Program-made: the position numbers and the translations under genes
Shown: in pieces, positions 1 through 10,314 of the stretch
Layout: each line of letters opens with the position of its first letter
Numbering within the stretch: the first letter of the stretch is position 1
Assembly (NCBI RefSeq): GCF_001194135.2
Contig: NC_068982.1
Span: forward strand, 23,109,539-23,152,321
DNA length: 42,783 nt
Direction: 5' to 3'
Origin: Octopus bimaculoides
Lineage: Eukaryota
Notes under the pieces: model-generated
The model's input: the letters and a program-made list of their open reading frames with translations, nothing else
The model's database searches: none
Told to the model about the DNA's origin: nothing

Positions 1-929
1 GTCAATCATAATATATATATATATATATATATATCTCAGTCTCATACACACACATACATACATACATACATACAACCATACATATAAATTAAGTCTATTA
101 AAGAATGATTGTGCATATTATCATTTCTCCTCCTAGATCTACGTATTTCTAAAGCTCCTCGCTTCCTCAACTGTTCTTCAAAAACCATGTTCTTGTGAAT
201 CTTTGCTATAAATAGCAGCTGACATGGCGAGAATGACTATGAAGCAAAATGAAGTCAAATGCTACACGAATCGTATGTTTTTCTATACGATGCAAACTAT
301 ACTGCACTAGAGATGTGAAATAACTTTTAAATTTATCTACTGAGAAAAACATTGTGTTAGACATTCTAAAATACTCAGGATCGATTTATGTATTGAATTC
401 ATAAAAACGAACTTCATAACGCACATTTAAATTCGTCAAGCGATGCACTGAATGTTCTATACAATTAGTGAGAATTTGTTTCTGACTATTGTCCATCGAA
501 TATGATATAGCATGACTTTTGCAATAAACCACTTCCTAGTCAACTGACTGATAATTATATGCAGCACAGTATCAGTTATATGGTATGAACATATTTCTCC
601 TGATATGATGTGATTCTTCTTTGAACGCGGAAGCCAGCATGGGGTTACACCAGCTTCTAAAAGTAGTATGAAAGTTTTCTAACATTTATAAAAGTACAAA
701 AAGAGATGGGCACTATACAATGTGATCCATCATATCGCAAAAGCTTGGATTGGCACGACTGAAATACTTGTCTTGGGTTGGACCAAGACAACTCTAGATG
801 TGTATAATTATTGATTCCTTAAATTTCTTTAAGTATTATTTAAGCAACATAAACACGAAATTGACAACTGTAATGAGATATAAGGAACGATTACAATAAT
901 ATTTTGTTCTATGTATATTTTTTGAAACA

Positions 930-2600
930 AACTAATTAAAGAATCTTTCCTCTGCCCTGCGGCGTTCATAGCTTCCGGGCTTGTTCGCTTCGGCCCACAT
1001 ATTTGCCATGCAGAGGTTTTCTTTCCCACCTATCAGCCAATTGCTCAAACGCATTTTGATTTGCTATTGATTTCACCTCCTTTGCAGCTACAGTTGCCGC
1101 ACTTCCATCATGCTGTCCAACCTAGATATTATGCATGAACTCACGTGAAAAGTTTTCGCTCTCCTTCATAAAAGAATGAAGCTTTAATATGAAGTCTTCA
1201 GTTGCCCTTTCTGGAAAGTGGCCTTAATACATTTATCAAGCCCGAATTCCATTCCTATGTCATCATTGAATGCTTTTACAGTAGATAAAAGTCCTTCAAA
1301 CTCATTAAGGTTTTTGTCATAGAGTTTAAAGTCATCCATATAAAATAGCTAACTCATTTTCTTGTCGCCAATCTTATATCTATATCCTGTTAAGTTCACT
1401 TGTATGGAGTATCAGTGTTATGCAAAAAATTAAAGGTTGAAGTGAGTCACCTTGGAAAATGCCGAAGTTGACATTAATATTGTTTGTGGTCAGTGTTCCA
1501 TTGGAGAATCGTATTCCACACAATCTTCGTATTCATTGAGCTTTTCTTTGAATTTTTGGTTTTAGTGTTTCTTTTGCTTAAAACAGAATTTCTCTTGGTG
1601 AGAGTCTATGTTTTCTCTTCAATTTTCTTTCTTTTCTGGTTTTTACATCGTTTCCACAAATTAGTTCATGCAATATTGATATTTCACCTCTCATTATTTC
1701 AATCTCTTTTTCAATTTTACTTTTCCAGTTTGGAATTCTTTCCAGGTTCGTATTTCTTTTTTTTTCTTTTTTTTCAGAGGCATACAACTGGCTTCAATTG
1801 TTTTAGCAGCTGCGTAAACAATTTCACTTAATTCAATGAGATCTGGTTTTAATTCTTATATAATTTCTTTTCTTACATAGTTTCCAATTTAAATTTGTTC
1901 TCTATTTTGAATTGCATTTGAGAGCTTATGAAGTGGTTCTCTATCATGCATATTGACGTGTGTTACAACTGCAAGCTTATTCAGGATTTTCTGCTTCATT
2001 TCTGTCATAGGATCTCGATGTTCTTCAGCAAATTTGTAGTCTTCAAATATTGTTTCTTTACTACATTCCTCGCTATCTTTATCAGGTTCATTACAATGTA
2101 TTCCTCCAGACGTTTGTGTGATCTGATCAGATGGCAGTCTATCAACTGAGACTCGTGGAGAGTTGCTCTCTTCGTCTGGGTCTTCATTTCCTTTCTATCT
2201 TATATTTCATTATTTGTGAGTCCTTTATTTCTGAAGATATCCCTCTAACATTTGCTAACTTGCTTTCGTCCAAATATAGTCTGCTGTCTTGATTCCGTGT
2301 TATCCAAATTTGATAAAAGCGTGCAGTGTGATTCTCGTCAGATGACCTGCCTAATGCGTAGTAATAGGCTTGTATTACTTCTGCATACTCTTCTCGGGTC
2401 CATTTCATCTTCTTACATTTTTCTTTCTGTGGTGGGTTTGGTGGTGGACTTGAATGGTTCGAGTTGGGACAGTTTCCGTTCAAGTGACCATCCATGTTCC
2501 TATTCAGAGAAGAATTTGTGCCAGTGGATGACGTTTCGATTCCAGGTTGGGTCTCTCCTAGGGGACGCGCTTCCAGATTAACCATAGGACAAGCGATTTG
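930..2600 (-). mobile_element. Decayed R4/Dong-like (restriction-like endonuclease clade) non-LTR retrotransposon: N-terminal region plus RT domains 4-7, internally deleted
   Basis: Minus-strand translation, with stops and frameshifts, gives KWTREEYAEVIQAYYYALG...IWITRN..RLYLDESKLANVR (ORF 2184-2585), IVYAAAKTI...PNWKSKIEKEI (1580-1830), GIFQGDSL (1441-1463), LFYMDDFKLY (YMDD at 1331-1342), DIGMEFGLDKC and WEEKPLHGKY (~1000-1030). I recognise these motifs as typical of R4/Dong ORFs. A weaker xQD...C...DHIV.CPSL remnant at ~715-790 may extend the element. Confidence 0.85.
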
Positions 2601-3432
2601 GTGTTCTATTGTGGTTTTCCTTTTTGTTTTGTAAGACAGATTTGTGCTACATTATAATTATTAGTATTTAACCTTGTATTATGGCAGATGTCGAGACGGT
2701 TGTTTTCTCTGCCAGTATTGTCAACCTCGCCATTAATATTTTTACAGTTACTTTAAATTTGCTGTTACAGCATTGCTCATCGTTAGTTGTCACCAACAAT
2801 TCCTTGATCTGTATCGTTGTGGCTAACATTTGTAGCCATGGTGACAGTATAGACGTTGTTTAGTTAAGTCTGTCATCTTTACTCCTACTATTGTGTGGTA
2901 TTATTAAATGCTTAGTTTCGACTTTTGTCTTGTACTTGAGATAATCATAAATATGTGAGGGTTGGTGGGGATAGTAGAAAGTAAAGAAGCAGCTTGGTGA
3001 ATAGACAAAATTCTACAGACCTGTAAATAGGTTCGGCTGATGGTGAGAAGGAGTTCATCAACGGGGTTTCACATTCCTGTGCGAGCAGGAGACAAAAGAA
3101 GCGTCACACTGTTGTGGTCAGCAGAGGTCAAATGTGTTTACTAATACTAGCGATCAATGAGAGAGCTGACCTTCGCCTTGGAAAGAACCAATCACCCTGT
3201 TCTGTTTTTAATTACTGATAGAAAAAAATAATACATATGACTGACGACGAAAAATTTTCAAATGGCAGAATATCTTCCCCGAATACGAACCTGGAAGGTT
3301 ACTTAAACGGGATTTGTCCCAAATTAAGCCCCTAAAGTTCACCACCACAATGACCACAAAATCAAAAATGTAAAAGAATTAAATGGAACGAGGAAATATA
3401 TAAAGAAGTAATATACGTTTATTATTATTATT

Positions 3433-4263
3433 GGGCAACACTTGTTTTCTTAACGAAACACTTTCAGACTTGGGATACTAGTAGAATGTGTCATATAAAA
3501 CATCTTTTTCTCTTAGCCTTCTGAACAAAAATTAGTTCTTAATAAGTTATTTCATGTTAAAGTTGTCGTATTTCGGTAATTTCAACCAATCACTGACGTC
3601 TATTGAGGTAAATACAATTACTGCCGTGGAATGTAAACAACGGTGTCATCGGATCTTTTCCATTGAATAAAATTAGTGCCGTTGTTTGTCAACAACAACT
3701 ATCGGCGGTAGTTATTTATAACATCGTTCGTGCGTTTGGGTTTTAAAGTTAGGGTTAGGGTTTAGGGTTAGAGTTGGGGTTAGGGTTAGAGTTATGGTTA
3801 TGAGTTATAGGGTTTTAGGGTTAGGGTTAGGGTTATGAGTGAGGTTATTGCAAAAATAATCATAACCCTAACCGTAACCCTAAAACTAACTTTAACTCTA
3901 AAACCGGAACCCTAACCCTAAAACCCTAAAGCTAAAACCAGTACAAACGCACGAACGATGTTATAAATAACAGTACCGCCGATAGTTGTTGTTGACAAAC
4001 AACAGCACTAATTTTATTCAAGGGAAAATATCCCATAACACCGTTAGAATATGTTGTTTACATTCTACGGCACTCATTGTCTTCATCTCAATAGACGTCA
4101 GTGATTGGTTGAAATTACCGAAATACGACAACTTTTTACATGAAATAACTTCGAATACAAAATGTTTTATCTGTTCTATAACACAAAATATACAAGTATA
4201 CGAAGTTTGAAAGTGTTTCGGTACCAAACATACTACATAAAACATAAATGAAAAATGTTGCCC
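3433..4263. mobile_element. Foldback/palindromic non-autonomous element (MITE-like), ~830 bp, with ~400-bp inverted arms
   Basis: The ends GGGCAAC (3433) and GTTGCCC (4263) are inverted. Internal arm segments are near-perfect reverse complements, e.g. 3555-3605 vs 4090-4140 and 3665-3740 vs 3945-4020. There is no coding capacity and the superfamily is not assigned. Confidence 0.85.
3748..3935. repeat. Degenerate interstitial telomere-like repeats: (TTAGGG)n-like, spacer, then (CCCTAA)n-like, head-to-head at the foldback centre
   Basis: Multiple TTAGGG/TTAGAG/TTATGG units at 3748-3845, a TTATT-GCAAA-AATAA mini-hairpin spacer, then CCCTAA/CCGTAA/CTCTAA units at ~3865-3935. Confidence 0.9.
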
Positions 4264-4299
4264 GTCAAAGCAAAAAGATCCTTATTATTATTATTATTA

Positions 4300-4476
4300 A
4301 TTCGGTGACCTGACAAAGATTCGTTAGCGTGTCGGAGAAAAATGCTTAGTTGCATTTATTCCGGCTTTATGTTTTGTTCTGAATTTAAATCCTGCTGAAC
4401 TCCACTTTGTTGTTGATCCTTTTGGGGTAAAAAAAAAAGAAAGCATTAGTTCAGCACTGGGTCAATGTAATCACCC
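4300..4476 (+). mobile_element. Diverged octopus-type tRNA-derived SINE (same family as 23864-24085)
   Basis: Collinear similarity to 23864-24030 (aaatgcttag..., gttctgaatttaaatcc, tccttttgggg, cactgggtcaatgtaatc). Confidence 0.7.
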
Positions 4477-6069
4477 GCAAAACAAATGAAGAATAAATGA
4501 ACCTATGTTTAAATTTTAAAAAGCAAATTTACTGCTGTGGAGAAGAATCTGTTCCTTATGGTAAATGTGTAAAAATACTTTCTCTCTTTAGTGTCTACTC
4601 TTGGGGTATAGAGTCCACTAAGTTACTTTTTTTTACCGAGATGGTTTAAGCTGAAATAAGTGGAATGACTACATGTGTATCAAAAAAGCTATCTATATTA
4701 TCATCTATACAATATTTACCTCATTCAGGATGAAAAAGAATTTTGAATAAATATTTTTGGTTGTTTTGTATGTTGATAGACTAGTATCTTCATTCCAGAA
4801 CGCCCACAAAATGTCAGCTTATAAAAAGAGGAATAGAATAGACTGTAAATATAAATAGAAATAATAAACAATAGTATTTGTAGTAGAAAACAGTTTAAAA
4901 TGAAAAATAATGACATTTCTCTCAATTACACTAAGAATACTCGTAGCGTGTAGTTTACCAATAACAACGTTCACCCCCCAAACCACATTCTTCGAGGAGC
5001 AAGAACTTTGTAAATAAGACATCTTAGCAGTAATTGGCTGCAAGAAGACCATTATACAGTGTTCAACCAATTAAAAAAAAGATAAACGTACAGAATAATA
5101 ATCAATTGCTGGTTGTCTGATAAAATAAATACCTTTCTGATGTAGTGGTTCCACATAATTCTGCTGAATACTGCATCAATTTGCTCCAGTAAGTTTACTT
5201 AGAGCATGCAACGGGAATAATATGACCTATTTCTGCTTCCTGAAGGGAGGGCACTTTAGGATTGATCTGAAAGGATCAATTGGTAGAAGGTTTATCCGAT
5301 GGAAGGGGCAAATGACCAGCCCAAAGAACTCGATGTTGTTTGCATTGTTTTCTCAGACTGAGAGCAAGATTTACTGGTTGCTTCGCAAAATGCATGTCAA
5401 ATCATTACAAGAGTTTGAGGATTAGGTGTCTGACGTAGCACGAAGTCCTAGAACGCTCTAACGTTGTCACCTTTGTAGCACAGTAGTGAAGGTAAGAGCG
5501 GAAATAAGAAAGTATATGGAGCTGGGAATGGTAATACAAACATTGAAGTCGTTATAAACATCGATGACCACAGCACATTTCGAAACTGTGTTCAGTCGAA
5601 ACCACATAAATTAAAGATAAAACAAGCTATGACACTGGAGCTACCAAGCAGAAGGCTGGCTTGTTATATTTACGGCACTAAATATCATCTATTTTCTTCT
5701 GCTTTTGAGGAACTGGCAAGGGAGAAATAGCAGAGTAAAGAGTGAGATACAACAAAAAATTAACTTGTCACAGAGGTTCTATTTCTTGCAGAACTACATA
5801 CAGCTCCAAACTCCGTGAAAGGCGAAGAGATATCATATGGATCTGTGTTGCAGAAGTTGAGGATACTGAAGAACAACAACCCAGTGGTGCATCATAAACA
5901 TTTTGCTCCCGCTGCGGTATCGCCTGTTTTCCATTCTATCCTCAGTGTTAAAAACGATCCCAAACTTTCATCAATGCAGGAAATATAATAGCATTGTTGT
6001 TTTGAACGCATATGAAAAATTACCGGGTTTTTGAGAAGGAGAATAGCCTTTGTCCTCATATTTTTCCTC

Positions 6070-6136
6070 ATTTGGCGTAATGGTTAAGAGCGCGGTCTAC
6101 TAACCCCAAGATTCCGAGTTCGATTCCAGGCAGTGA

Positions 6137-6205
<69 letters not shown>

Positions 6206-6378
6206 CAACAACAACAACAACAACATCGAAAAACACCTTAAGAATGAGAACCCAGGTTCGAAATTTCCCCAAGACACCTGATGAATGCTGGAGGGTATAT
6301 CAGCTGAAACGTTGTGTTAACAACAAACAAGATGAGGACAAATATCCGTCAAATGTAAATAATGTGAATAATGTAAAC
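6070..6378 (+). mobile_element. SINE with tRNA-like head, internal (AAT)n(AAC)n and a tail carrying a hammerhead-like motif (copy A)
   Basis: A-box TGGCGTAATGG at 6073-6083; B-box GTTCGATTC at 6118-6126; microsatellite at 6141-6223. The tail (6224-6378) is homologous to 27540-27690 (minus) and 27896-28050 (plus). Confidence 0.85.
6273..6318 (+). ncRNA. Putative minimal type I hammerhead-ribozyme-like motif (degenerate copy)
   Basis: GACAC (stem I) - CTGATGA - A - tGCTG[gagggtatat]CAGCt (stem II) - GAAAC - GTT - GTGTT (stem I'). Core nucleotides are intact here, but the stem II closing pair is mutated and stem III could only form as a dimer via the palindrome AACGTT. Activity is untested. Confidence 0.45.
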
Positions 6379-6424
6379 TTATAAATGGTATGAGCATGAA
6401 TCTATTAAAGTACTAGACAGTAAA

Positions 6425-6840
6425 AAATGTAAGATGCGGGAATTTGGTATTCAAACTGATAGAGTAAGAGAAGCTAGAAGGCTTAATTTATTAGTAGTTC
6501 ACAAACAGAAAAGAAAGTGCCAAGTAACTGACTTTACAGTCCTAAATGATGAAAAACTTAATATGAGAGGTATCGAGAAAATTACAAAGTACCGGGATCT
6601 TGCTACTGAGTTACTGAGGCTATGGAAAGTGCTGGTAAAATGTATCTCTATAGTTATAAGTGCATTTAGAACTATTCCTAAAGGTTTGAACAAATGCATA
6701 AAGGAAATAAGGTATAAAGTCTTGTTCAGTGCTCCAGAAAAGTGTTATTAGTAAGACTGAGGATACTTGGGAGGATTCTTGGCACCTAAGGCTACTTGCT
6801 GTAATCTGATGGTAGGAATTTTGCTTTATATGATAATAAT
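6425..6840 (+). mobile_element. 3' end of an R4/Dong-like LINE: restriction-like endonuclease domain remnant plus 3' UTR
   Basis: ORF 6434-6751, EFGIQTDRVREARRLNLLVVHKQKRKCQVTDFTV...EKITKYRDLATELLRLWK...SIVISAFRTIPKGL, matches the RLE pattern WDFxIQTDxxxxARRPDxxVxxK...xID...EKxxKYxDL...LW. It ends in a short TAA-like tail (gataataat, ~6832-6840). Confidence 0.85.
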
Positions 6841-6844
6841 CTCT

Positions 6845-7022
6845 ACAACTGGCACAAGTCCTGAAATTTTGGGGTAAAGGTTAGTCGATTATATCGTCCT
6901 CAGTATTCGACTGGTTGTTATTTCATGATCTACGAAAGGATGAACAGTCAAATCTTCCTCGGTGTAATTTGAGCTCAGAACGAGAGGACAGACAAAATGT
7001 GGACCGACATTTTGTCCAGCGT
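6845..7022 (-). mobile_element. Diverged octopus-type SINE (family of 23864-24085), reverse orientation
   Basis: The reverse complement aligns with 23885-24060 (gttctgagctcaaatt, tcatcctttcg, taatcgacta, ccccaaaatttcagg). Confidence 0.75.
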
Positions 7023-7032
7023 GAAAGACAGG

Positions 7033-7040
7033 GAGAAGAA

Positions 7041-7071
<31 letters not shown>

Positions 7072-7230
7072 AAGAAGAAGAAGAAGAAGAAGAAGAAGGA
7101 GGAGGGGGAGGAGGAGGAGGAGGAGAAGAGGGAGGAGAAGAAAAAGGAGTAGAAGACGGAGAAAGAGAAGAAGGAGAAGGAGAAGGAGAACAAGAAGGAG
7201 AAGAAGGAAAACGAAGGAGGAAAGTGGAGG
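7033..7230. repeat. Polypurine compound microsatellite (GAA)n/(GGA)n
   Basis: Directly visible tandem GAA units followed by GGA/GAG units. Confidence 0.95.
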
Positions 7231-7504
7231 GTGAGTTTGAAAAGAAGTTTTGTAGATACAAGTTCACAAATGTTTGTGGGTGGGTCCTTCGATGAAATTG
7301 TGAGGTGCATATTTTATTGAGCAAGCAAATATGAATGACGAAGCAGGTGGCGTTAACGGAGGTGAGAAGTGTGAATCTTAAGAACGAAGGGACGCATTGA
7401 AGCTTACGCACTACCAGTCCCACGATCTGGAACGATTCAGGAAAACAACAACGAACAACAACAATGGTAGAATTAGGATAATTAGGATGACAATGTATAT
7501 AGAA

Positions 7505-7651
7505 ATGATGATGATGATGATGATGATGACGATGACGATGGCGATGATGACGATGATGACGATGATGATCATGATGATGATGATGATGATGATGATGATG
7601 GTGGTGATGANNNNNNNNNNATGATGATGATGATGATGATGATGATGGTGG

Positions 7652-7684
<33 letters not shown>

Positions 7685-7824
7685 CGACGATGACGACGAC
7701 GATGACGATGATGATGATGATGATGATGACGACGATGAAGATGATGATGATGACGATGATGATGACGATGACGATGACGATGATGACGATGATGATGACG
7801 ATGACGATGATGACGATGATGACG

Positions 7825-7856
<32 letters not shown>

Positions 7857-8203
7857 GATGATGATGACGACGATGATGACGATGATGATGACGACGATGA
7901 CGACGACGACGATGATGATGATGATGATGATGATGACGATGACGATGATGACGATGATGACGATGATGNNNNNNNNNNNNNNNNNNNNNNNNNNNNNNNN
8001 NNNNNNNNNNNNNNNNNNNNNNNNNNNNNNNNNNNNNNNNNNNNNNNNNNNNNNNNNNNNNNNNNNNNNNNNNNNNNNNNNNNNNNNGATGATGATGATG
8101 GTGGTGGTGTTGGTGGCGGTGGTTGTAGTGGTGGTGATGATGGTGGTAGTGGTGGTGGTGGTGGTGGTGGTGGTGGTGATGATGATGGTGGTGATGATGA
8201 TGT

Positions 8204-8236
<33 letters not shown>

Positions 8237-8262
8237 CGATGATGATAATGATGGTGGTGAGA
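7505..8262. repeat. Large compound trinucleotide microsatellite (GAT)n/(GAC)/(GGT)n spanning two N-gaps
   Basis: Directly visible; it is the source of the spurious poly-Met/Thr/Ile ORFs. Confidence 0.95.
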
Positions 8263-9163
8263 TTGGTGACAGTGACAGTGGCCACAGTGCCGGTAGAAAT
8301 GGTGATGATAATGAAAATCAAATTTATTTCTGGCCTAAATTATTACAAAGTCATTTCAATAGTTTCCATAGATTAAAGAACGGAAAAAAAAAAGAAAAGA
8401 AAATAAATAAATAAACGAAAGAAAAGTAAAAAGAAAAACGGAAATCGATATCAAATTCTATTTGCTAATTAAGTCTATGGAAATTCTTGACAATGATTTA
8501 ACTGTTTGGTATTATCGTCAGTTTGAGAATAAAGATGATAAAATATTTCACTTCACAAGGAAGAGACATTTACCATGTTGAACTGTTGATCAAAACAATT
8601 CCAAACATTGAACAATCTTAACTGAAGTTTATTTTCAGATTTCTTCTTATTTTATATCTTGTTTCATTTCCTTACAAACTCTAGACCTCCACTTGTCTTG
8701 TAATACTGAAAGGCTTTATAATTACGGCTGTGTGTAAATCATTGAATTACGTTATCCATATACGAAAGTAAGTAACGTAAATACATATGGGTGTATGTAT
8801 ATATATATATATATATATACGCACACATACATACGTACATATGTATGAATATATGTATGGATTTATGTATGCGTGCATGTGCTCCTGTCTTCGAAATATT
8901 CATGTACTTATTTTTAATTGTTAGTATAGAAATGGTGCTAGTTTCAAAGAAAGAAACAATATGTCAACCTTGAAGATCTAGACGACAATAGACCAGAGTT
9001 ACCAACGGAAGTTTATANNNNNNNNNNNNNNNNNNNNNNNNNNNNNNNNNNNNNNNNNNNNNNNNNNNNNNNNNNNNNNNNNNNNNNNNNNNNNNNNNNN
9101 NNNNNNNNNNNNNNNNNNNNNNNNNNNNNNNNNNNNNNNNNNNNNNNNNNNNNNNNNNNNNNN

Positions 9164-9208
<45 letters not shown>

Positions 9209-9789
9209 TCACCATTCCAATCACAGGATCTGTATTCAGTGATGGATAAACTAAGTTGAGTAAATTATGTGTCTCAAATCCTCAAACGTAGAGGACGACT
9301 GGTTTCTCAATACAAAAGAAAGTATCTTCATTGAATTTAGACAAAAACCAACCAAGTAGTGTTGCATGTATGTATGTATGTATGTATGTATGGTTGTATG
9401 TAAGCATGTATCTATGCATCTGTGTATATGTATGTGTGCGCGCGCGCAGATACGAAAATTTCCATTTTTCGTTCTCGCCATGAGAGCTTTTCTGTCACAC
9501 ACAAACACACACACACACACATCCAAATGCATACACACAGACAAACAAACAAACAAACACACACACACACACACATTCGTACAAGCTGATGTCGCTAATA
9601 CGTCAAACTTCCGAGATAGACAGTGGCCACCAATACCCTACCCTGACACGTGATCGTAGGAACTGAAATGGGAATAATTGCGATGATTGTCGCTATCATA
9701 TTGATAATACCATGTGACCAGCATTGACTGATAGCTGCCTATTATCCAGAAGCCATCTTCAATTTACCTCATTCGGTATCTAGGAGCTT

Positions 9790-9960
9790 GTGAAGTAAGC
9801 CCTGAGTAACACACGGTACAGCATATATGAGGTGCCACCTCTTGTCTTGGTCCCCAACTTTACACTCGAAATAATATTTTTAGGTAGTTTTTAATTTGGG
9901 GGTAATGTTCTTCTGCTGGTCACGCGGAGCAACTTTTCGACAGGCACAAACGCCTAATAT
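9790..9960 (-). mobile_element. N-terminal fragment of a CMC/Chapaev3-like DNA transposase (pseudogenised)
   Basis: Minus strand reads CACRKVAPRDQQKNITPKLKTT*KYYFECKVGDQDKRW, then after a 1-nt frameshift APHICCTVCYSGLT. This matches the FCYVCG...YFGCKIGDQDKxWAPHxCCxxC motif that I associate with Chapaev3-type transposases. The superfamily label is from memory. Confidence 0.7.
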
Positions 9961-10226
9961 CGAAGCTGAACGAAGTAAATGGGAAAGTATGCAAATTCGC
10001 TCATGTTGACTGCTGTATGGTAAACGACTCAGCATTGTCCATTTTTGTAGTATCTGTTTAACTGGCGGTGGCAAAATGGGTGAATGTAGAAGCAGCACCC
10101 ATTTCCTAAAACGTAGCTGGCCATGTGCGCAGATATCATGGTGGATACTTAATTGATGAGCGGCAGCAGTTGTGGCAAACGGAAGTGCTTAACTTACATT
10201 AACATTAGTGGCGCTCGTGGTAAATA

Positions 10227-10314
<88 letters not shown>
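10227..10314. repeat. (ATT)n(GTA)n compound microsatellite
   Basis: Directly visible. Confidence 0.95.

Noticed and set aside
3748-3935. True telomere or ancient chromosome fusion site
   Set aside because: The repeats are short, degenerate and embedded symmetrically in an element with defined inverted termini, so a repeat-borne origin is simpler. It is kept as a finding only in that context.
5146-5920. Several exon-like segments (5146-5188, from ~5357, from ~5791)
   Set aside because: Splice signals and open frames are mutually inconsistent and no peptide is recognisable.
6073-6140. Possible tRNA gene
   Set aside because: A and B boxes are present but the acceptor, D and anticodon stems do not pair properly, and it runs into the SINE body. 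It is a SINE head.
6141-6378. CRISPR-like array formed by the recurring SINE tails
   Set aside because: The copies are dispersed and in mixed orientation, there is no repeat-spacer periodicity, and the context is eukaryotic.
7397-8376. Long poly-Met/Thr/Ile ORFs, and similar YI/HT/CV/RE-rich ORFs across the window
   Set aside because: These are translations of microsatellites and N-gaps, not genes.
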